Origin: Candidatus Zixiibacteriota bacterium
Lineage (GTDB): Bacteria > Zixibacteria > MSB-5A5 > GN15 > FEB-12
Assembly: GCA_041742355.1 (NCBI GenBank)
Contig: JBGSIV010000291.1
Coordinates: 1 to 26,158, forward strand
Direction of reading: 5' to 3'
DNA: 26,158 nucleotides
In this document: in pieces, positions 7,965 through 15,461 of the stretch
Layout: every line of letters starts with the position of its first letter
Numbering within the stretch: the stretch's first letter is position 1
The notes under the pieces: generated by a model
Databases searched by the model: none
Told to the model about the DNA's origin: nothing
What the model saw: the letters and a program-made list of their open reading frames with translations, nothing else
Translations under genes and position numbers: made by a program

Positions 7965-8981
7965 ATGGATCCACTGAAGAAACCGACCGAGTACCACCCG
8001 CTCGAACGTGTCTCCCCCGACGATACCTTTGCCCTCGATATCCTCGCCGGACTGTCCGAACCCCGCCGCGCTATTCCCTCGCAGTACCTTTACGACGACG
8101 AAGGCAGCCGCCTCTTCGTCGAAATCACGCGCCTCCCCGAGTACTACCTCACCGCCTGCGAGCGGGATGCCCTCGCCGCCAACACCCACCGTATCGCCCG
8201 CTACGTCCGCAACGGCCCCTTCAACCTCGTCGAGTTCGGCCCCGGCGACGGCCACAAGACCAGTATCCTCATTGACCACTTTCGCACCCAGCGCTTCGAT
8301 TTCTGCTATGTCCCCATCGACATCTCCACGTCCGCCATCGCCTCCCTCTCCCCTGCGCTCCAGCGCGACTTTCCGGGGCTCGAAGTGACGCCCCTCGTCT
8401 CGGAGTACTTCCCCGGCATCCGCTCGCTCAGCCGCAAATCCCGCCGGCGCAACCTGGTCCTCTTCCTCGGCTCCAGTATCGGTAATTTCACTCCCGCTCA
8501 GGCCCGCCTCTTCCTGCGCCACCTCTGGCTCAATCTCAACCACGGCGACATCCTCCTCATCGGCTTCGACCTCATGAAGGACATCGACCTCCTCCTGCAC
8601 GCCTACAATGATTCGGAGGGTGTCACGGCCGCCTTCAACCTCAACCTCCTCGCCCGGATCAATCGCGACCTCGACGGCTTCTTCTCTCTCCCGCAGTTCC
8701 GGCACTACGGCACCTACAACCCGGCGGCCGGCGCCATGGAGAGTTACCTCATCAGCCTCACCCGCCAGGAGGTTCATGTCGGTGCTCTTCGGCGCACCTT
8801 CTCCTTCCGCGCGTGGGAGCCTGTCCACACCGAATTTTCCCACAAGTACCTCGAATCCGACATCGACGCTCTCGCGCTCGACACGGCATTCGTCGTGCGC
8901 GAGCATCTCTACGACTCGAAACGCTGGTTCGTGGATTCTGTCTGGGAGGTTCGAAAGAGCGGCCCTGACGGGCACCGATAG
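7965..8981 (+). CDS. egtD: L-histidine N-alpha-methyltransferase EgtD
   Basis: YLYDDEGSRLFVEITRLPEYY, FLGSSIGNF, AYNDSEGVTAAFNLNLL and HTEFSHKY motifs; 28 nt downstream of egtB. Confidence 0.93.
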   Translation: MDPLKKPTEYHPLERVSPDDTFALDILAGLSEPRRAIPSQYLYDDEGSRLFVEITRLPEYYLTACERDALAANTHRIARYVRNGPFNLVEFGPGDGHKTSILIDHFRTQRFDFCYVPIDISTSAIASLSPALQRDFPGLEVTPLVSEYFPGIRSLSRKSRRRNLVLFLGSSIGNFTPAQARLFLRHLWLNLNHGDILLIGFDLMKDIDLLLHAYNDSEGVTAAFNLNLLARINRDLDGFFSLPQFRHYGTYNPAAGAMESYLISLTRQEVHVGALRRTFSFRAWEPVHTEFSHKYLESDIDALALDTAFVVREHLYDSKRWFVDSVWEVRKSGPDGHR

Positions 8982-8987
8982 GTGTCG

Positions 8988-10985
8988 CTACCGATCCTGA
9001 ATCATCTTCCCCACGTCGGCCACCGCGGACGGCGATCCGAGCACGAACAGCTCGTCATTCCCCTGCAGGATTGTCGCCGCCCCCGGATTCGCCATCACTT
9101 CTTCCCCCCGCCTGATCGCCAGCACTGTCACTCCGTAACGCCCGCGCAGATCCAGATCCCCGAGCGACCGGTTGATCGCCCGGGCTGTCGGCGCCACTCG
9201 CAGCGGCGTGATCTCCGCTCCCGGCAACCCGGCCGCCAGATCGACCACCCTCGGCGCCGCCCGCGATACCGTTCGCAGCATATCGTAGCTGTCGGCCCGC
9301 ACATCCTGAATGAATCGCTCGATCGTCGGACGCGCCACCAGGTAGCGTGTGAGCACGCGGGTGAATATCTCGATAGAGGTTTCGAACTCCTCGGGAATCA
9401 CTTCGTTCGCTCCCAGCTCGCGCAGCGGTTCCACTTCTTTGACGAACCGCGTCCGCACGATGATGTGCAGGTTTGGACTCAAATCCCGCGCCGACTTCGT
9501 GATTCGGCGTGTCGCCACCGGATCCGATATCGCGATCACCAGGACGCGCGCCCGATCCGCGCCCACATGGCGCAGCACCTCCGGATAGGTCGCGTCGCCA
9601 TACTCGATCGGTTCCGCATTCTCCCGCGCCTCGCGCACCGTGTCCGGATTTGTTTCCACGATCCGATACCGGATATTCGCCTGCCGCGCCACCCGCGCCA
9701 CGTTGTGCCCGTTCACTCCGAACCCGACGATCACCAGGTGGTCTCCCATCGGCGGTCCGCCCGCCCGGGTGTCGACCTCTGCCTCCTGCGAGAGTCCCCG
9801 GCGCAGGCGATCCGACAGCGGCATTCGAATCAGGAGATTCGCCATGAAGGGCGCCCCGGCGATGATGAACGGCGTCGCCGCCATCGTCAGCACCGAAATC
9901 CCGATGAAACTCTGGTACAGCTCCGAATCAATCAATCCGTATGACAGCCCCTCGTTCGCGAGGATGAACGAGAACTCCCCGATTTGACACAACCCCAGCC
10001 CCACCAGAAGCGCCGACCGCAACGACATTCCCAGGAGCATCCCCACCCCGCCCGCGACGATCGTCTTAAACGCCAGTACCGCCAGCGTGATCCCGAAAAT
10101 CGGCAGCGTCTGCTGCCACAGGAGCGCCGCGTTGAAGAGCATCCCCACCGAGACGAAAAAGAAGCTGTTGAACAGATCGCGAAACGGCAGCACGCCCTCG
10201 AGCGCCTGGTGGCTGTACTCTGATTCGGAAATCACCAGGCCCGCCAGAAATGCTCCGAGGCCGAGCGATAGGCCCATTTGCGAGGTCAGCCAGGCCACCG
10301 CGATTCCGATCACCGCCACCGCCAGGATGAACATCTCCCGGCTCTGCGTACGCGTTACCAGGTAGAGCGCCTTTGGCACCCACCACCGCGCCAGCACATA
10401 CGCCAGGACCACGATGATCACACCCCGTCCCAGCAAACCCGGAAGCGATCCGGCGGCCGCATCCGCTCCCTCCGCCAGCATCGGCGTCAGGATGATCATG
10501 GGGACTATGATGATGTCCTGGAATATCAGGATCGAGAGCACCGTCCGCCCGTGCGGGCTGTCGATCTCCGCCCGTTCCTGCAGCGTCTTGAGCACGATCG
10601 CAGTCGACGACAGCGCCAGCAGGAATCCGGCGAACAGCGCGGACTTCGATGTCAGGCCGAACACGTCCGCCATCACCCACACCGCCCCGGCGGTCAACCC
10701 CACCTGCAGCGCCCCGCCCAGAAGCACCGCCTTGCGCCCGCGCAGCAGATCCCCGAACGAAAACTCCAGCCCGATGGTGAACAGCAGCAGGATAATCCCG
10801 ATCTCGGCGAGCTCCCGCACGTGCTCTGTCGAGTGGATGAGCCCCAGGCCGTATGGCCCGATGATCGCCCCCGTAATCAGAAATCCCACAATCGTCGGAA
10901 TCCGCAGACGATGGCTCAAAAGTAGCACCACCAGCGACGCGCCGAGGATCGTGACTATGTCCTGAAGGATCGGGATTTCTTCCAT
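8988..10985 (-). CDS. CPA2-family monovalent cation:proton antiporter (Kef/YbaL-like) with TrkA-N and TrkA-C domains
   Basis: Multi-TM N-terminal half with IGLEFS, LSSTAIV, LIFQD, GAFLAG and QIGEFSF. GFGVNG Rossmann motif, YGDAT, and C-terminal GVTVLAIRRG RCK_C domain. Confidence 0.92.
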   Translation of the reverse strand: MEEIPILQDIVTILGASLVVLLLSHRLRIPTIVGFLITGAIIGPYGLGLIHSTEHVRELAEIGIILLLFTIGLEFSFGDLLRGRKAVLLGGALQVGLTAGAVWVMADVFGLTSKSALFAGFLLALSSTAIVLKTLQERAEIDSPHGRTVLSILIFQDIIIVPMIILTPMLAEGADAAAGSLPGLLGRGVIIVVLAYVLARWWVPKALYLVTRTQSREMFILAVAVIGIAVAWLTSQMGLSLGLGAFLAGLVISESEYSHQALEGVLPFRDLFNSFFFVSVGMLFNAALLWQQTLPIFGITLAVLAFKTIVAGGVGMLLGMSLRSALLVGLGLCQIGEFSFILANEGLSYGLIDSELYQSFIGISVLTMAATPFIIAGAPFMANLLIRMPLSDRLRRGLSQEAEVDTRAGGPPMGDHLVIVGFGVNGHNVARVARQANIRYRIVETNPDTVREARENAEPIEYGDATYPEVLRHVGADRARVLVIAISDPVATRRITKSARDLSPNLHIIVRTRFVKEVEPLRELGANEVIPEEFETSIEIFTRVLTRYLVARPTIERFIQDVRADSYDMLRTVSRAAPRVVDLAAGLPGAEITPLRVAPTARAINRSLGDLDLRGRYGVTVLAIRRGEEVMANPGAATILQGNDELFVLGSPSAVADVGKMIQDR

Positions 10986-11074
10986 AACTAACCCTCTCCC
11001 AATCTACGCGCCCCTGCCGGGGATCGTAAACAAAAAACAGGCTTCATGCCATGACCACACCCTGTGTATTCGTG

Positions 11075-11106
11075 CGTGGTGTCAGGCGGGGGCGCCTGAC
11101 ACCACG
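11075..11106. repeat. Perfect 14-bp inverted repeat, REP-like palindrome
   Basis: CGTGGTGTCAGGCG-GGGG-CGCCTGACACCACG in the tex/antiporter intergenic region. Confidence 0.75.
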
Positions 11107-11200
11107 AGGCGGCACAGCTTGTTCCGTTCCGCTGGGTCTTGCGCGACGCCAAGCGAAGCGAGGAGGAGCGTGTGACCCTGCGGGCACTCCCATCCGTCCG

Positions 11201-13330
11201 CTACCGCTTCATCGACAGCGCGATCCGCTTGCGCGGCAGATCCACATCCAGGACTGTCACCTTCACCCGCTGGTGCACCTTCACCACGTCCGACGGCACT
11301 TTCACATATCGATCGGCGAGTTCGCTGATGTGCACCAGTCCGTCCTGATGCACGCCGATATCGACAAACGCCCCGAACGCGGTCACGTTTGTCACAATCC
11401 CCGGCAGCTTCATCCCCACCTGCAGATCCTCGATCTTCTGCACCGAATCGTCATAGCGGAACGGCTCAAACTCGCCGCGCGGATCTCTTCCCGGCTTCGC
11501 CAGTTCTTCCATAATGTCGCTGAGGGTCGGCAGCCCCACTTTATCGGTCACGTAGGCGCTCAGCTTGATCCGCTTGCGGAGGTCCTCCCGCGCCATCAAG
11601 TCCGCGACTGTGCAGCCGAGATCGGCCGCCATCTTTTCCACGATCGGGTAGCTCTCCGGGTGGACCGCACTGCGATCGAGCGGGTGCTCCGCATCCGCGA
11701 TCCGCAGGAACCCGGCCGCCTGCTCGAACGCTTTCGGCCCCAGCCGGGGCACCTTTGTCAGCACCTTGCGCGACCGGAACGGCCCGTTGTCGTTGCGGAA
11801 CGCCACGATACTCTGCGCCAGCGACGGCCCCAGCCCAGAGACGTACGTCAGCAGTTCCTTGCTCGCGGTGTTCACCTCCACCCCGACCGCGTTCACACAA
11901 CTCACTACCGTGTCGTCCAGCCCCTGCTTCAGGCTCGGCTGTTCCACATCGTGCTGGTACTGCCCCACGCCGATCGATTTCGGGTCGATCTTCACCAGTT
12001 CGGCCAGCGGATCCATCAACCGCCGCCCGATTGACACGGCCCCCCGCACCGTCACGTCATGGTTCGGGAACTCCTCCCGCGCCACGTCGGAAGCCGAGTA
12101 GACCGAGGCCCCCGATTCGTTGATCATCTCGACACTGATATGTGCCGGCAGCCCGATCTCCCGCACGAACGCCTCCGTCTCGCGCCCCGCCGTGCCGTTG
12201 CCGATCGCGATCACATTCACTTTGTGCTGCTCGCACAACGCCTTGATCTCCTGCGCGGCGTTCTCGCGCTCCCGCACCGAATTGTGCGGGTAGATTGTCG
12301 TGTTCTCCAGCAGCTTCCCCTGCCGATCGAGGCACACCACCTTGCACCCCGTGCGAAATCCCGGATCGATCGCCAGCACCGTCTTGCGCCCCAGGGGCGG
12401 CGCCATCAGGAGTTCCCGCAGGTTTTCCGCGAACACGTGGATCGCGGCCGTGTCCGCTTGCTTCTTCAACTCCGCCCGTATCTCCGTCTCCAGCGCCGGT
12501 GACAGCAGCCGCTTGTAGGAATCATGCACCGCCAGCCGGACCTGCTCCGACGCCGCGTTGGTGCCCATCACGAAAATACTCTCGAGCATTCCGACCGCTG
12601 TCTCCTCCGGCGGCAGCACCCGCAGCGACAGGACCCCTTCGTTCTCGCCCCGTCGCATCGCGAGGAACCGGTGCGAGGGGGCCTTGGCCGCCGGTTCCTC
12701 CCAGTCGAAGTAGTCTTTGAACTTCGCCCCTTCCTCTTCGTTCCCCGTAATCACCCGCGATCGGATGGTCGCTTCCCGCTCGAACAACCCCCGCATCCGC
12801 GCCCGGGCATCGGCGTCTTCATTCACCCATTCGGCGACAATGTCCCGCGCCCCCGCCAGCGCGTCGTCGACCGTCGGCACGTCTTTGGCCGCGTCGACAA
12901 ACGCCTCCGCCTCTTTCCACGGGTCAATCCCTTCCTGCGCGAACAGCATTTCCGCCAGCGGCTCCAGCCCCCGCTCGCGTGCGATCGTCGCCCGTGTCCG
13001 ACGCTTCGGCTTGTACGGCAGGTAAATGTCTTCCAGCACCGCCATCGTCTGCGCGGTCGCGATCTGCCCGTCCAGCTCAGGCGTGAGCAGGTTCCGCTCC
13101 GCCAGCGACTTGCGGATCGCCTCCCGTCGCTTATCGAGTTCCCGGAGCTGCCCGATCCGGTCCCGAATGTTCGTGATCGCCACTTCGTCGAGAGTCCCGG
13201 TCATCTCCTTGCGGTACCGGGCAATGAAGGGCACGGTCGCCTGATCATCGAGTAACTGGATCGTCGCTTCAACCTGGCGCGGCGCCACCTGCAGCTCCCG
13301 CGCAATGATGCCAATATGGAGATCGCTCAT
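11201..13330 (-). CDS. tex: Tex family RNA-binding transcriptional accessory protein (S1 domain)
   Basis: TVPFIARYRKE, DIYLPYKPKRRT, IDPGFRTGCK, IGNGTAGRET, GVGQYQHDV and C-terminal S1 FVDIGVHQDGLVHIS. Start most likely ATG 13330; the ORF track extends it to 13348. Confidence 0.96.
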   Translation of the reverse strand: MSDLHIGIIARELQVAPRQVEATIQLLDDQATVPFIARYRKEMTGTLDEVAITNIRDRIGQLRELDKRREAIRKSLAERNLLTPELDGQIATAQTMAVLEDIYLPYKPKRRTRATIARERGLEPLAEMLFAQEGIDPWKEAEAFVDAAKDVPTVDDALAGARDIVAEWVNEDADARARMRGLFEREATIRSRVITGNEEEGAKFKDYFDWEEPAAKAPSHRFLAMRRGENEGVLSLRVLPPEETAVGMLESIFVMGTNAASEQVRLAVHDSYKRLLSPALETEIRAELKKQADTAAIHVFAENLRELLMAPPLGRKTVLAIDPGFRTGCKVVCLDRQGKLLENTTIYPHNSVRERENAAQEIKALCEQHKVNVIAIGNGTAGRETEAFVREIGLPAHISVEMINESGASVYSASDVAREEFPNHDVTVRGAVSIGRRLMDPLAELVKIDPKSIGVGQYQHDVEQPSLKQGLDDTVVSCVNAVGVEVNTASKELLTYVSGLGPSLAQSIVAFRNDNGPFRSRKVLTKVPRLGPKAFEQAAGFLRIADAEHPLDRSAVHPESYPIVEKMAADLGCTVADLMAREDLRKRIKLSAYVTDKVGLPTLSDIMEELAKPGRDPRGEFEPFRYDDSVQKIEDLQVGMKLPGIVTNVTAFGAFVDIGVHQDGLVHISELADRYVKVPSDVVKVHQRVKVTVLDVDLPRKRIALSMKR

Positions 13331-13481
13331 ACCTGCCTGTTTCATCAAGTTTCCGGTTGCCGCGGCTTCCGGGGTTTCCGGTCCGCCTGTGTGCTCCTAA
13401 GATACGGTGTTTATCGCAAAAAGAAAGCCCGCCCGCGGCCCCAAGCCTCTCTCACCCCACCCATCATCGGCCAGGAATGCA

Positions 13482-13510
13482 TTGACGTCAGGGCCGATTG
13501 GCGCTATATT
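13482..13510 (+). promoter_or_regulatory. Putative sigma70 promoter for the secreted dockerin-like protein
   Basis: TTGACG (13482-13487) - 17 nt - TATATT (13505-13510), about 50 nt upstream of ATG 13558. Confidence 0.65.
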
Positions 13511-13557
13511 GTTCTGTATCAGGCCGCTACAGGTATCACCACGGAGATGTATCCCAA

Positions 13558-14934
13558 ATGTCCCGCATATGCGCTTTGATCGCGTGTCTGGTCATGAGTC
13601 TGACTGCAGCCACTCTAGCTCAGACGCCGCACATTGTATGGGCAGGCACGTACGGCGGTCCCGGGGGGGACTCGCCCGAGGGCCTAGCCTCCTCCACCGG
13701 CAAAGGCTGCTTCCTGCTGGTTAACTCCGATTTTGGCGCACCGCGCTACTGGGACGCGAACCTGTTCCTGCTCGACTCGCTCGGCGACACTTTGTGGAAT
13801 CGCAGTTTGGACTTCGTCAACGTATGGGGGCGGGATGTCGCGGCCACCGCTGACGGTGGCTGTGTGGTTCTGGCTCTTGCATTGGACTCTGCTGACCAAT
13901 ACGACATCTTAATTGCCCGCTTCTCCGCCACGGGCGACACTATGTGGACCCGCAGATACGGCGGCCCTGGGTATCAGAGGGGCAATGCCATTTGTATTGA
14001 TGGGATCGACAACATAATCGTGGTTGGTGAGAATTTCACTGTCGACGATGGTTCCAACACTCTCGTCATGAAACTCACAGCCACGGGAGATTCACTCTGG
14101 ACCGCCATCCATGACATGGGTTTCTTCGGCTGGGGAGATGGCGCAATCGCGGTCTCAAGTCTGCCTGATGGCGACTACCTGATGGCAGGCTCGGGCGGTT
14201 TTGTAGATGACGCCAGCGTCCCCTACATCAGCCGGCTTGATTCGGACGGCCAGGTTCGCTTTGTGCGGCATTTCTGGATGATAAACGCCGTGCCCGCCAG
14301 CCTCGCGGTCTATCCGGATGACGGTTTCGCGATTGCGGGCCAGTACTACGGCGAGTATTTCGACTTCGAGGGCCCCTGGCTGCTCCGGGGGGATGCCTCC
14401 GGCGACTCCTTGTGGAGCTATGTGGATTCGACGACGACGGGGCAGTATAGCGAGGTCGCCCTTTTGCCTGATGGCTCTCTTGTTACCATTGGGTCAGGCA
14501 AGCTGGATACGCTGAGCGCCAGTCTCTTGACCCGATTTGACCACGGTGGAAACATGACTATGCAGTATCCGTACCAACACGCAGGTGTCCAAAGTTCGGG
14601 GCACAGCATGGTCATAGGAGATTTCGCCCAGGACTCTTCGGTGGTCCTCATGGGCAGAATGGGCGATTCGCTCGGCGCCCCTTGCTCGCACTGCGACGTA
14701 TTCGCTGACAAACTCACTTCGCTGCCCCTCGCCCTTTGCGGAGACATCGACGGCAACGGGTTCGGACCAAACGTATCCGATCTGACCTACCTGGTTGGAT
14801 ACCTGTTTCTCTCTCGACCCTCGCCCCCCTTTGCGGTACTGGCGGACCTTGACTCCTCATCGCAGATAAACATTTCAGACCTGACCTACCTCGTGAACTT
14901 CCTCTTCAAAGGCGGCCCGCCGCCCGCGTGTTGA
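13558..14934 (+). CDS. Secreted putative beta-propeller repeat protein with C-terminal dockerin-like duplicated motif
   Basis: Start re-called to ATG 13558 (GGAG RBS). Signal peptide MSRICALIACLVMSLTAATLA. Repeated GD(T/S)(L/M)W and YGG units. C-terminal CGDIDG...SDLTYLVGYLF...ADLD...NISDLTYLVNFLFKGGPPPAC. Confidence 0.8.
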   Translation: MSRICALIACLVMSLTAATLAQTPHIVWAGTYGGPGGDSPEGLASSTGKGCFLLVNSDFGAPRYWDANLFLLDSLGDTLWNRSLDFVNVWGRDVAATADGGCVVLALALDSADQYDILIARFSATGDTMWTRRYGGPGYQRGNAICIDGIDNIIVVGENFTVDDGSNTLVMKLTATGDSLWTAIHDMGFFGWGDGAIAVSSLPDGDYLMAGSGGFVDDASVPYISRLDSDGQVRFVRHFWMINAVPASLAVYPDDGFAIAGQYYGEYFDFEGPWLLRGDASGDSLWSYVDSTTTGQYSEVALLPDGSLVTIGSGKLDTLSASLLTRFDHGGNMTMQYPYQHAGVQSSGHSMVIGDFAQDSSVVLMGRMGDSLGAPCSHCDVFADKLTSLPLALCGDIDGNGFGPNVSDLTYLVGYLFLSRPSPPFAVLADLDSSSQINISDLTYLVNFLFKGGPPPAC

Positions 14935-15149
14935 TACGAGAGGGCAGAAACTGAATTGATTCGGCCCGTGGACTCCGGGCGCATGCGAGCCCATCGCCAA
15001 CCACCGTCGGTTCATACCTTCGCGGGGCAACGAATCCCTTCTGAAACGTGGATACCGCGGAGAGAATCTCCCCGTCCCTCCTGATTGTCGCTCGTCTGCC
15101 TGCGGCCCCGGAAGGAAGCGATGTCTCCGCCGATCTCAAATGATCGGAT

Positions 15150-15178
15150 TTCACTTTCGTGCCGATCAGTTGTAGAAT
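15150..15178 (+). promoter_or_regulatory. Putative sigma70 promoter upstream of the first giant kinase
   Basis: TTCACT (15150-15155) - 17 nt - TAGAAT (15173-15178). Confidence 0.45.
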
Positions 15179-15461
15179 ATATTGGTGCACACAACTCCGT
15201 GCCTTAAGGAAGCCGATACAGGGATGCCCGGCTTCGTCGCATCCCGCCGGCTTGGATCTCGTGCAGCCGTGGATTAGAGCAGACCTCCAAGTGCGAGGAA
15301 ACCGCATTCCCGTGCCCGCGCAGAGCCATGATGAGACATTGGAGACAAAAAGTCCGTTCCGACCCTGACGGTAACATTATGACCGCCATCGACACCGGCA
15401 GACCAACTTCCCCCGTGGACAATTCCCCGCGCCGAAACTGCCGGTTCGACGGGAGGACGCA

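Noticed and set aside
6485..8975. Long minus-strand ORFs of 493 and 356 aa
   Set aside because: Antisense to egtB/egtD, no motifs; expected from high-GC codon bias.
14683..14697. CSHCD as a heme c attachment site
   Set aside because: CxxC is followed by Asp, not His; more likely a disulfide.
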